Below, one piece after another: positions 27,156 to 35,689 of a DNA stretch of 49,419 bases. This stretch comes from Candidatus Lindowbacteria bacterium RIFCSPLOWO2_12_FULL_62_27 (GTDB lineage: Bacteria; Lindowbacteria; 2-12-FULL-62-27). The stretch lies in NCBI GenBank assembly GCA_001784175.1, contig MFPR01000030.1:124001-173419 (forward strand), given 5' to 3'. The notes beneath the pieces were generated by a model. It saw nothing but the letters and a program-made list of their open reading frames with translations. It ran no database searches and had not been told where the DNA came from. A program made the position numbers and the translations under genes. Within the stretch, counting starts at the first letter, position 1, and the number at the start of each line of letters is the position of its first letter.

Positions 27156-27733
27156 TATTCCTGGCGTCCACGTCGCCCAGAAGAAGACACTTGCTTTGGA
27201 AAATGAACATCCCGGTCCGGGTCGTGCCCACGCGCTATCGCGAGCGACCCGGCCGGCCCGGCCGGCCGGCCGCAACGGCCATGCGGCACGCGCGGGGCAA
27301 GGCCGAAGGTGCCGTGGTTCCGCGCAGAGCCGGACTCGTTCTGGGCGTCGACACGCTGATTTATTTTCGCAAGCGGATTTTCGGGAAACCTCGAAGCCGC
27401 GCGCACGCCTTTCGAATGCTCAAATCCTTTTCCGGCCGGTCCCATGACGTCTATTCGGCGATTGCGCTCGTTGATCTCAAAACACGCCGAACGTCCGTTC
27501 GATGGACCAAAACGCGTGTGACCTTCAATCGTCTCGACGATAAAACCATCGGCCGATACCTTGCGCGAGTCAATCCGCTCGACAAGGCGGGCGGGTATGC
27601 CATCCAGCATGGACAAGAACTGATCCGGGACATTCGGGGGTCCTACACCAACGTGATGGGATTGCCGGCCGAACTGCTCAAAAGAGAGTTGCGAAAATTT
27701 AACGTTACAGTAGCGGGCGAAAAACGGAGTTGA
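27152..27733 (+). CDS. maf: Maf nucleotide pyrophosphatase
   Basis: LASTSPRR..LL, GVDT, FGKP, DKAGGYAIQ, GSYTNVMGLP. Confidence 0.95.
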   Translation: MIFLASTSPRRRHLLWKMNIPVRVVPTRYRERPGRPGRPAATAMRHARGKAEGAVVPRRAGLVLGVDTLIYFRKRIFGKPRSRAHAFRMLKSFSGRSHDVYSAIALVDLKTRRTSVRWTKTRVTFNRLDDKTIGRYLARVNPLDKAGGYAIQHGQELIRDIRGSYTNVMGLPAELLKRELRKFNVTVAGEKRS

Positions 27734-27734
27734 A

Positions 27735-28076
27735 TCATGCCGCGTTTAAGAGGGCGAGGACCGGCTTGGGATTTCGCCAGAGCATTTCCATGAGCCGCCG
27801 GGCGGCGCCATTCGGACGGCGGCGGGGGTCGTTGGATTCCCAACCCTGAACGGTCCGGACCGATTCGCCCAGCGCGGATGCAAGCTGGGATTGGGTGAAT
27901 CCGAGTTTCGTTCGCACGCGTCTGACGTCTTGGGCGATCATTGGCTCGGGCATTCTGAAATCGCCGGGACCCTCAATTATCACTTTGGCCGTCGGATCCC
28001 CCTTGATGTATTTTAGAGCTTCTTTGAGGTTCCGGGTCAGATTGGACCGATGCGCCTTATTTTTGTTGCTGTTCAT
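27735..28076 (-). CDS. XRE-family HTH antitoxin (HigA-like)
   Basis: VRRVRTKLGFTQSQLASALGESVRTVQGWE...P.GAARRL; follows a RelE-like toxin. Confidence 0.85.
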   Translation of the reverse strand: MNSNKNKAHRSNLTRNLKEALKYIKGDPTAKVIIEGPGDFRMPEPMIAQDVRRVRTKLGFTQSQLASALGESVRTVQGWESNDPRRRPNGAARRLMEMLWRNPKPVLALLNAA

Positions 28077-28401
28077 TTTGCCGTTTAAGCTCCTTTGCAA
28101 TCTCGCGCATGACTTTTTTGTCGCCCGCGCTTATATCGTCTTTCTCCTCGTGCGTGTAGGCGTCGAATACGTGGAACGCCGTTTTCGTCACCAGGAAGAG
28201 GTAGATGACTCTTGCACCCTTGCGCGCCCCGATATTGCGCTTCCGGATCGGATAGCGGACTTTTCGAAATCCACCGGTATCCCGGATCACGTCGCCCCTT
28301 TGCGGATATAACTCAAGATCGAACTTGAACCGGATAAATTCCGGTTCACCCAGCATGTCGATCAGATCATTCTCGGCGGTTCCGTAGAAAATCCAATCCA
28401 T
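28057..28401 (-). CDS. RelE/HigB2-like toxin
   Basis: P.RGDVIRDTGGFRKVRY...GARVIYL..AYTHEEKDDIS; toxin-first order. Start ATG 28401. Confidence 0.85.
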   Translation of the reverse strand: MDWIFYGTAENDLIDMLGEPEFIRFKFDLELYPQRGDVIRDTGGFRKVRYPIRKRNIGARKGARVIYLFLVTKTAFHVFDAYTHEEKDDISAGDKKVMREIAKELKRQNEQQQK

Positions 28402-28405
28402 GTCA

Positions 28406-28433
28406 ATTATACGCCATTTGCGTACTGCGTCAA
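28406..28433 (-). promoter_or_regulatory. Sigma70 promoter with overlapping palindromic operator (TA autoregulation)
   Basis: TTGACG-N16-TATAAT, 4 nt before the toxin ATG; TACGC-N5-GCGTA at 28410-28424. Confidence 0.7.
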
Positions 28434-28701
28434 GAGGAGATTTCCGATGGAGCGAATGAGATGGATGGGGAGCTGGTTGACGTGCTTTGAGTCCTTTCAA
28501 TCATAGGGTGTGTGTATCATACCCTCGATCATTCCAAAAAATAATTCTTGACATCCACCCGAATGTCACGTGTCAGGTGCCTAGTGTATCCCTGTAGAAA
28601 GAATCAAAAAATTGAAACGCTCCTGATAAATCATCTTACACCACAAATCGTGCGATTCCGCCAATTGTGGTGTAACCACAGGCTGTTTGCCAATCCAAAA
28701 T

Positions 28702-28733
28702 ATGTCAAGTTTTTAATATATAATACTTGACAT
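28702..28733 (+). promoter_or_regulatory. Inverted-repeat operator containing TTGACA upstream of AbiEi-like gene
   Basis: ATGTCAAGT-N14-ACTTGACAT. Confidence 0.65.
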
Positions 28734-28774
28734 TCTTCCTAGATTAGACGATCCTATTTGCAGGAGGCGATATC

Positions 28775-29497
28775 ATGCGAACCGCACAAGCCATTCGGAG
28801 ACGTATACAAGCTCGGGGGCCAGACTCGCTTTGGACCTTCAATGACTTTGGGGGATTCCCGGGTTATGCGGTGGCGCAGGCTTTGAGCCGACTGGCCAAG
28901 GAGGGATTCATCAGGCGGATCAGAAGGGGCCTCTACTACTACCCCAAGATGACAGCCATGGGTCCATCAAAGCCGAGCACCGCGTTGCTTCTGGCCAAGA
29001 CGATCAGGCGCTCGAAGGGTGGGACAATCTTTGCCGGCGGAACGGCGTCTTTTCAAAATCTGGGCATCACGACACAGGTTCCGGCTCAATATACAATTCT
29101 GGGAAACCTGGCGCCGAGAACGATACAGATCGGGGAGGTGACGGTACGGATTCGCCAGCGCTCGTTCGGTCACCTGAAAGGAGCCAGCCAGGAGGACTTC
29201 TGGGTTTTGGATTCCATCCGAAATTTAAAACATGTCCCGGACTCCACGCCGACGAATGCGGTGGCGAAGATCGTCGCCAATCTTCGAACCTCAGGTCGAT
29301 CCGTGCAACGGAGACTGCTGCAGTTTGCGCGAGGCGAGCCGCCGCGAGTCAGGGCGGTTCTAGGCGCGATCGCGGAGAGAATCGGGTATCGCGGACCGGA
29401 GACCGAGATGCTGAAGAAATCGCTGAATCCCCTTACCAAGTATCATCTGGATGTTGCTTCGGCGTTGCCAAACGCGTCGGCTTGGAATATCGTGTAG
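28775..29497 (+). CDS. AbiEi-like (DUF6088-type) type IV antitoxin/regulator
   Basis: wHTH AVAQALSRLAKEG.IRRIRRGLYY.PK, NLGITTQVP, LKKSLNPLTKY; RBS AGGAGG. Confidence 0.8.
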   Translation: MRTAQAIRRRIQARGPDSLWTFNDFGGFPGYAVAQALSRLAKEGFIRRIRRGLYYYPKMTAMGPSKPSTALLLAKTIRRSKGGTIFAGGTASFQNLGITTQVPAQYTILGNLAPRTIQIGEVTVRIRQRSFGHLKGASQEDFWVLDSIRNLKHVPDSTPTNAVAKIVANLRTSGRSVQRRLLQFARGEPPRVRAVLGAIAERIGYRGPETEMLKKSLNPLTKYHLDVASALPNASAWNIV

Positions 29498-29508
29498 GCT
29501 ATGTTGCT

Positions 29509-29715
29509 TTAGGCTTTGACTGCAGGTTCGGACTTTAGAGCCTCATCAACTGAAACATAGCCGTCCTTTATGGCCATGCATGCACGGAGCAAATGCAACT
29601 CATACATCATGTCGTCTGTCGGAAACTCGGCACGAATAGACTGGCGGAGTTTGTCGAGTTTACTCGCCGGGATCCTTGCCTCACGTGCCACTTTTCTGTA
29701 GTTGAATATTTTCAT
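29509..29715 (-). CDS. Small protein, candidate antitoxin of PIN toxin
   Basis: RBS GAGGAGG; IRAEFPTDDMMYELHLLRA; immediately downstream of the PIN gene. Confidence 0.6.
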   Translation of the reverse strand: MKIFNYRKVAREARIPASKLDKLRQSIRAEFPTDDMMYELHLLRACMAIKDGYVSVDEALKSEPAVKA

Positions 29716-29726
29716 TGTCAGCCTCC

Positions 29727-30176
29727 TCAAATTTCTGGCGGTGACAATATTTCAATGGTTGGCAGACCCAATGAAATATTGACATCATTGACCTTTGCCC
29801 TCCGGCGGCGATTGACAAGGTGCTTGAAATTCCAAGACAGCAGAATATCCTGCCTCGTCAATACGGATGCCGCCACATGCAAGGCGTCGTTGCGCATGAC
29901 CGGCGTAAAGACGCCCGAATCAACATATCGCTGTGCCAACCCCTGCATTTCTTCCGTCAGCGAGTGGATTGAAAATCCTTCGATCAATCCCTCCATTTTA
30001 CTCTTCAAATTTCCATCGGTCGTTTGCAATATCTCTTGACGAGTAATTTCGGCGGTCGAGACATCGAAATCACCGATACGTTTCCAAAAGCGTCGCGTCT
30101 CCGTTTGTCTTTCTTTCAAGCGTTCATCAAAGTACGCGCTGATTATCGACGTATCGAGATAGACATGCAATTTCAT
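29727..30176 (-). CDS. PIN-domain (VapC-like) ribonuclease
   Basis: VYLDTSIIS, E.T..EI, NDALHVA, LLSWNFKHLVN, ILSPPE. Confidence 0.9.
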   Translation of the reverse strand: MKLHVYLDTSIISAYFDERLKERQTETRRFWKRIGDFDVSTAEITRQEILQTTDGNLKSKMEGLIEGFSIHSLTEEMQGLAQRYVDSGVFTPVMRNDALHVAASVLTRQDILLSWNFKHLVNRRRRAKVNDVNISLGLPTIEILSPPEI

Positions 30177-30273
30177 CAGGCCACCCTCGTTTCACTGTGT
30201 AATTCTACCACATTATAAATCAAAGTCAGAATTTTAATAGAGTCGGTCGTGCGGTGTAAAGGCCGATCAGACG

Positions 30274-30483
30274 TCAATCGCCCTGTTGTGCGCGACGGAG
30301 TTGACGGTTATCCAATTCTTCGGAGATGAGCGCCTCATTTTCACCGAGGAAATCACGGATATCATCCACGTTGTCAAGAACAATCCTGGCGATGGCAGGC
30401 GTGATAATGCGGCTGATGTTCATGGTGCGGTCGAAGATGACGAGCGCCGGGACGCCGGCGTAGGTGGTGCTACGGGAAGCCAT
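30274..30483 (-). CDS. Small hypothetical protein
   Basis: RBS AAGGAG; overlaps upstream gene in a small-gene operon. Confidence 0.6.
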   Translation of the reverse strand: MASRSTTYAGVPALVIFDRTMNISRIITPAIARIVLDNVDDIRDFLGENEALISEELDNRQLRRAQQGD

Positions 30484-30718
30484 GGGAATTCTCCTTCTCC
30501 GCCGGGGGCGGGAGGAAGTTGCCCATCTCGGTCAGGAGATGGGGCGCGTGTTTGCGTGTGTAGGCGATAGCAACCGCCCGGGCGTGGGACAAGGCGACGG
30601 CGAAGATGACTTTGCGCGGGTCGGATTCCGTGAGGCGGAAATTGTCAAGCGCGGAGTCCCGGCCATCACAAAAGACCGGGATGCCGCTTTTGCCTATGCG
30701 CTGAATGGCTGTGGACAT
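30470..30718 (-). CDS. Small hypothetical protein (MSTAIQRIG...)
   Basis: RBS AAGGAGG before ATG 30718. Confidence 0.6.
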   Translation of the reverse strand: MSTAIQRIGKSGIPVFCDGRDSALDNFRLTESDPRKVIFAVALSHARAVAIAYTRKHAPHLLTEMGNFLPPPAEKENSHGFP

Positions 30719-30731
30719 GATGTGCCTCCTT

Positions 30732-31016
30732 TCAATATTCGTCCGGCAGCATGGCGGTGAAGCCGCCGGTTTCGTTTTGGCCGAACCACGCACGGATTGA
30801 ACCCTCCGGCGCGTTGCGGTTGTGGCCGAGTTCCTCGGCGCGGCCGTCTTTGAAAAAACAGCAATACAAGTGGTCTTCACGGTCGAGACTGGCCTTGGCG
30901 GCGGCCTCGATCATGGCCGTGGCTTCGTCGTTGTGGGTTTCCAAGAGTTTGATGAAACCCGGCGTTACATGGGAAACGTAGAACATCGTCAGCGGGCGAG
31001 AAGTGGGGCTGGACAT
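30732..31016 (-). CDS. Small plasmid/ICE-type hypothetical protein
   Basis: HVTPG near the N-terminus and C-terminal TAMLPDEY, a pattern I associate with plasmid-related small proteins. Confidence 0.65.
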   Translation of the reverse strand: MSSPTSRPLTMFYVSHVTPGFIKLLETHNDEATAMIEAAAKASLDREDHLYCCFFKDGRAEELGHNRNAPEGSIRAWFGQNETGGFTAMLPDEY

Positions 31017-31158
31017 GGGGATGCACCTGCCTTTGTGAGATCCCCTTCGCTACCGTGTGTTGTGCTCACCATCCATGGTTGCGCGCGACACAGCTCCGGG
31101 GATTATCCATCCGTGGATAAAGATGCGGCCGTCTCCGCAACGCAGAGACAGCCATGAA

Positions 31159-31335
31159 TTACGCGAGCGGGTTGTCGTGGATTTGGGCGGCGGGACCTTT
31201 GAGACGGCGGATCACCTCCAGACCGCCTTTTTTATAGACGGTCAGTGTCACGAGGTTCCCATCCGGATCGTAGACTGCCCAAAATCGGTCGTACTTTTCG
31301 AGGATAAAGTCTCGCGTGGCGATTGCTGTGCTCAT
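31159..31335 (-). CDS. 58-aa hypothetical protein (below ORF-track cut-off)
   Basis: Hand translation MSTAIATRDFILEKYDRFWAVYDPDGNLVTLTVYKKGGLEVIRRLKGPAAQIHDNPLA; ATGA overlap with the nuclease stop. Confidence 0.65.
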   Translation of the reverse strand: MSTAIATRDFILEKYDRFWAVYDPDGNLVTLTVYKKGGLEVIRRLKGPAAQIHDNPLA

Positions 31336-32111
31336 TCTGAATCACCCCCGTTCTCCGTGTAGTTGGGCAGCGTGCCGCCAAGGCAGAGCCGTCGAAATTC
31401 ACACCAGCCGCAGGCCGGCGTGACGTTGCGGGGAAAGATGCCGGCGCTGACGGCTTTGCCGACCTGGTTGATCGTCGCGATCAGGTGGTCGAAATGCTCC
31501 TTTGTTCGGATCGTGCGAAGTTCCATGAGCTGGCCTTTCGGGAACTTCTTGGTCGGCTTCACGATCACGCGGTAGATGACCTCGATCGGGCCGGGGAGTT
31601 TTTTCTCGAAGGCCAGCCCGAAGGCATATACGCTCGGCTGGATCTGCAGGTCCGCTTGGGGCTGGGACCACGCACGTTTGGAGGTCTTTATCTCGAGGAC
31701 GGTCTTGCCTTCGACCATCGCGTCAACCGTGCCGGTCAGGATCACGTTGTTGCCGTCGATCTGGAAGGGCGTTTCGACGGCGGTGATTTTGAGCGGGACG
31801 GCCTGCTCGTGATAGGTCGTGACAAGCGTTCGGACCAGGTCGTTGATTTCGGCAGGTAACAGCGCGTTGTCATATTCGTTGCTGGTTGCGGCGTCGACCG
31901 AGAGAGAGGCTTCGGTCAGGGCGTCCTGCAGGGATTTGCCGATGTGGATGGCCTCGACGCCGGCGTGGGTGGCGGTGCCGACGATGAAAAACGTCTGGTT
32001 CGGCGTTGGCACCTGGTCGATGTAGCGCAGGCGAAATTTGTGCGGGCAGGATAGGTAGGCGGTTATCTTGCTCGCGGAAAGATAGACCTTGCCATTGTTC
32101 AAGTCGATCAC
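31332..32111 (-). CDS. PD-(D/E)xK exonuclease, RecB/Cas4-like with Fe-S cysteines
   Basis: LSASKI..Y..CP, GTATH, E, LTGTVD, EIKT, Q.SVY, CGWCEFRRLC. Confidence 0.85.
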   Translation of the reverse strand: MIDLNNGKVYLSASKITAYLSCPHKFRLRYIDQVPTPNQTFFIVGTATHAGVEAIHIGKSLQDALTEASLSVDAATSNEYDNALLPAEINDLVRTLVTTYHEQAVPLKITAVETPFQIDGNNVILTGTVDAMVEGKTVLEIKTSKRAWSQPQADLQIQPSVYAFGLAFEKKLPGPIEVIYRVIVKPTKKFPKGQLMELRTIRTKEHFDHLIATINQVGKAVSAGIFPRNVTPACGWCEFRRLCLGGTLPNYTENGGDSE

Positions 32112-32229
32112 TCCTTTCCTCCTTCGCCGGACATCGCCTTCGGCTTCTGCGGGCTACGGAGGACGGGTTCAAACAACCATGCGAGGGGTGGAACCTCGCC
32201 GGCTGCGTGGTGTACCCCGCAACGCGGGG

Positions 32230-33153
32230 TTAGAACGGGACGTTGTCGTCGTGGGCGACGCCCGCGTGGGCAAGCTCGCCGTTTTTGGATTCGACGACTT
32301 TCTTCTTGAGCGCGTCGATGAGCTTGGAGATTTTGAAACTGGAGAGCTGCGGCAGGGGGTAAACCCGGCCTTTGCAAAGTTCCTTGATCGTCGACTCCAC
32401 GAAGTCGTGGGTGTTGGTCTCGCCAACGAGGCGGCCGAGCTGATTGATCAGCGACTCGGCGTAGGAGAGCTGGCGAGGCTGGGCGAGGACGAAGGCTTTC
32501 TTGCCGGACGTGGAGTTGGGCGATTCGGCCTTGGATGTGCGGTCGGTCTTCGCGACGAGTTCGAGGGCCTTGTCGATAATCTCGGACGCATGGCCTTTAT
32601 TCAGGTCGGCGAAGTACGCGCCGTCGAGCCCGACAGCGTTGTCGAGATGTTGGCCTGTGGACTTTTCGTAACGTCGCGAGAGTTTTTCGTAGAGGCTGAC
32701 TTGTGCGGGACTCGCGGGATCGTCCGGGCGTTTGACGGACTTTTTGCCGTTGCCGTTACCATTGCCGTTGCCGTTGGGCTTGGTGGCCGGAGTCGCTGCT
32801 TTCGGAGCGGGGGACGGTGCTGACGACGCCGGGACAACGGGAGCGGTTTTGGTTTCAGCTACCGCTACCGTTTTCGTCTCTGTCTGAACCGGCGCGGCTT
32901 TCGACTGCGCAGCGAGATCATCCAGTTGCGTCTGTACTTCAAGCGGCGGTGTACCGACCTGCGACGAGGGTTCGTTCCGATGGATTGCATGAACGACGGC
33001 CTTTTCGCATTCGGCCATGAGTTCGTGCGCGATCTTCGTGGCGTCCGAGAGCACGGCGCCTTCGAACATCTTGTCGATCGACACGCTGTAAAATGCGTGC
33101 TCGCCGTAGTCACCGAGGTTGACGCGGCGGGCGTAGGTGGTGTGGACCTTCAT
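32230..33153 (-). CDS. Phage/ICE-type recombination-associated protein with SSB-like acidic tail
   Basis: RBS AGGAGG before ATG 33153; two A..(A/R)Q...L....S..ID.L repeats; C-terminus DDNVPF. Confidence 0.6.
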   Translation of the reverse strand: MKVHTTYARRVNLGDYGEHAFYSVSIDKMFEGAVLSDATKIAHELMAECEKAVVHAIHRNEPSSQVGTPPLEVQTQLDDLAAQSKAAPVQTETKTVAVAETKTAPVVPASSAPSPAPKAATPATKPNGNGNGNGNGKKSVKRPDDPASPAQVSLYEKLSRRYEKSTGQHLDNAVGLDGAYFADLNKGHASEIIDKALELVAKTDRTSKAESPNSTSGKKAFVLAQPRQLSYAESLINQLGRLVGETNTHDFVESTIKELCKGRVYPLPQLSSFKISKLIDALKKKVVESKNGELAHAGVAHDDNVPF

Positions 33154-33278
33154 GGGTCTCAAACCTCCTGTTTTTGTGGGTTTTTCGCGCCATGCGCGAT
33201 TTGTGGAAACGAGTGGTTGATCTATGTCGAGGGATTTCAGGGCGTTAGTTGGGACTTGCCACACGCCCCCCTGAAGAC

Positions 33279-33311
33279 AAAAAATCCGGTGGCGTGGAGG
33301 GACGCCACCGG
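33279..33311 (-). terminator. Intrinsic terminator
   Basis: 10-bp stem CCGGTGGCGT/ACGCCACCGG followed on the minus strand by ATTTTTT. Confidence 0.7.
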
Positions 33312-34049
33312 GATGAGTGATATGAGTCAGTGCCCCGCGCCTGTGAGGCGCGCCAATCCGGAGAAATGCAAGCGCGGGGTCGTATATGTTCCGGAGGGCC
33401 GCACGGGTGGGATGTGTGCGGAGTGCCCACCCTCCGGGTTGAGGCATTTACGGGGAGCTGTGAGCGAGGGCTCGCTCGGGATGGATATGTGTTCAGAGGT
33501 TACGCGCTCTGTAACGACGTGGACTTTCGACCACGCTCACCGCTCGGCCGGGCCAAGCAAGCCCCGACCGTCACAGCGGTGTTTTTACAAGTCCTGTCCG
33601 TCGGACTGTGTTATTTGCACGACCCGTGTGGGGATGAAGCGCGGTAATCAACGCCGGCGAGTCACGCCTTGTTGCCGCACCCTCCGTCAAACGGCACATC
33701 GTGTGCCGCTTCGGGTACGGCGCCGTCCATGGCGCCGTGATCTTCCGGGGTCGCCGTCCCTGGTAGGACGTTTTTGACCTGCTTGTTTTTGAACTGAATG
33801 TTTGCCGCGAATGAAAAGCGGCTGATCACAAAGTGACAGCCGCTTTCGCGGCGATGTTTTCACATCGCCGGTGGTCGGGTGTGGTCTGGCTGGGGTCGGC
33901 GGTCACGATGACCGCCGCAAAACTGCCATGGATGGCCATCTGGCGGTTGGGCGCGCACAGATACGTCCGCCGGCTAGCGCGCAAGAATGCTTTTCGCGCT
34001 TCTCACCTCTCGCTACCGCCTTGGCATCATGTTGTTACAACATTCATGC
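33279..34049. ncRNA. Candidate large structured RNA or ssDNA structural element
   Basis: More than 12 inverted repeats in about 770 nt with no credible ORF; ends in a minus-strand terminator. Family not recognised. Confidence 0.4.
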
Positions 34050-34057
34050 AACAAAAT

Positions 34058-34084
34058 TTAAAAAGGGGTGGAAACTGCCGTTTA
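34058..34084 (+). promoter_or_regulatory. ECF-like promoter motif copy 1
   Basis: TTAAAAA-N14-CGTTTA upstream of the 34141 operon. Confidence 0.5.
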
Positions 34085-34140
34085 GATTAACCAGAAAGGC
34101 GAAGTTCTTTTAAAACAAAATCCTGTGGAGGTGAGGAGCC

Positions 34141-35046
34141 GTGCGGTACTTTCCTATTCATGTGGTTCGGCGCACGCAAACAATCGCGGTCTCAATTCTG
34201 TCATTCCTGTTTCTTCTTGGTATTTCTGTTTATGAAGCTGATGCGGGGTTGAGAAAACGCGTTCTCATCTCCGTCCACGCCCCCGACGCCGTTACCCGGG
34301 ACATCGTTGCCGGCGCCCTCGCGCGGGAGCTTGATCGGTACCGCGACATCCTCGTCATCGACGAGCGGTTCGAGCAGACGTTTCTTCCATATATGAAATA
34401 CAAAAGCCACGTGATCGTTCAGGTCGATGTGCTTCAGATGTATGCGTCCGAATCGGTCGATCATTCATGGAAAAAATGGAAAAAAGTCCCCGCGCTGGCG
34501 GCCGCCACGGTGATGTACCCCGTGATGGCCATTTCCCTGATCGCGCTTCCATCAGTCAGATCCGATGAATACGCTACCGTCCACACTGACGGCTATTTTT
34601 TGGCCAATGTCGCCCTCTTCGATATGACAACCGAACGATCCTTCGCCCGCACCCAGACCGGATTGTCGTTCCAGTTGGGCGTTCCGCAGGTTGGCAAAAA
34701 AGTCGACTACTCCGATCTCATCCTGACAAATGTCTCGGATAACAAGTTTCGATCTCTGGCGAAATGGATCGTCCGGGAAACTCACCGGCGGCCGGGCCAG
34801 ACATGGGTCTTCGGCCAGTCCTCCGAGCGCGCGTTCGTCAACGCCGGAAGCCTCGACGGAATCAAACCCGGCAAAAAACTCAAAATATACCGGCCCTGCG
34901 ACATCCATGCGCCCGGTACGGCAAACGTCGTAGTCCGGGCCGCCGAATATGCCGGGACCGTCAGGATCGTCCACGTGGACGAACTGTTTTCCATCGCAGA
35001 GCCGATCGGATTCTCCCTTTCGGGAGAATACATCACCAAAGAGTGA
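34141..35046 (+). CDS. Exported protein with FlgT C-terminal-like domain
   Basis: Signal peptide; AFVNAGSLDGIKPGKKLKIYR...AGTVRIVHVDELFSIA. Confidence 0.6.
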   Translation: MRYFPIHVVRRTQTIAVSILSFLFLLGISVYEADAGLRKRVLISVHAPDAVTRDIVAGALARELDRYRDILVIDERFEQTFLPYMKYKSHVIVQVDVLQMYASESVDHSWKKWKKVPALAAATVMYPVMAISLIALPSVRSDEYATVHTDGYFLANVALFDMTTERSFARTQTGLSFQLGVPQVGKKVDYSDLILTNVSDNKFRSLAKWIVRETHRRPGQTWVFGQSSERAFVNAGSLDGIKPGKKLKIYRPCDIHAPGTANVVVRAAEYAGTVRIVHVDELFSIAEPIGFSLSGEYITKE

Positions 35047-35056
35047 GGTGATTTGA

Positions 35057-35689
35057 GTGAACGCGAAACCCGTTTTTTCAATCCTTGCCGTCATCTTGGC
35101 GTTTGTCGTATCGACAGGGTGCGATGACCGGCCGAACACCAGGGTAAAAACGAATCCGAACGAGAAGGTCATTTACAACTCGTATGACGCCCGCCATCCG
35201 GAAAACCGGCCGGACTGGACATTGATCGATCGTCCCGCCGAACACGGCGCCTTTTTCTATTTCACCGGCGTCTCAGATCGGTTCACGACAGAGCTTGACG
35301 CCCGCGATCACGCCCTCTTCATGGCCCGCAAGGAAATCGCCGATCGAGTTCTAAACCTTGTCGAAACGTCCCGCAAGGAATCCCGCGACCGCGCAGGTTC
35401 TGCCGGCGACGGATCCGACATCCAGGTCGGGAGCAAGAGCCGGGTGGACGCCATCGCCCGTGTCGCCGTCTCGCAGGTACAACCCAAGGAGTGGTTTCTT
35501 CGGAAAATCCAGGCCGAAAGCGGCAAAGTCTACTGGGAAGCCATGGTCCTTGCCGAAATTCCCAGGGATGCGATCCAGCGCGAAATCAACCGCGTCTCCC
35601 GCGCCCTGAACGCCCTTGAGAAGGACGACAAAACGTTCCCGCTCAAAAGCACTCGGCTAACGGCCGGCAAATTGGACGAGGTGGAATAA
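35057..35689 (+). CDS. LPP20-like lipoprotein
   Basis: Lipobox STGC; RPDW, FYFTGVS, ARDHALFMARKEIA. Confidence 0.65.
   Translation: MNAKPVFSILAVILAFVVSTGCDDRPNTRVKTNPNEKVIYNSYDARHPENRPDWTLIDRPAEHGAFFYFTGVSDRFTTELDARDHALFMARKEIADRVLNLVETSRKESRDRAGSAGDGSDIQVGSKSRVDAIARVAVSQVQPKEWFLRKIQAESGKVYWEAMVLAEIPRDAIQREINRVSRALNALEKDDKTFPLKSTRLTAGKLDEVE

Noticed and set aside
27700-27760. att site or tRNA at the island's left boundary
   Set aside because: No tRNA or repeated att core was found by eye; the boundary is inferred from gene content only.
31225-31240. Apparent frameshift in the 58-aa ORF at the T6 run
   Set aside because: A recount shows six T, so the frame is intact (YKKGG).
31332-32111. 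CRISPR cas4 / CRISPR locus
   Set aside because: No repeat-spacer array or other cas genes seen; context fits a solo mobile-element exonuclease.
32745-32780. TTGCCG-like hexamer repeats
   Set aside because: They simply encode an NGNGNGNG linker.
33154-33777. ORFs 32926-33777 (+), 33330-33647 (+) and the 33447 extension
   Set aside because: No RBS or motifs; a strong RBS marks 33153 as the start, and the region is better explained as structured non-coding sequence.
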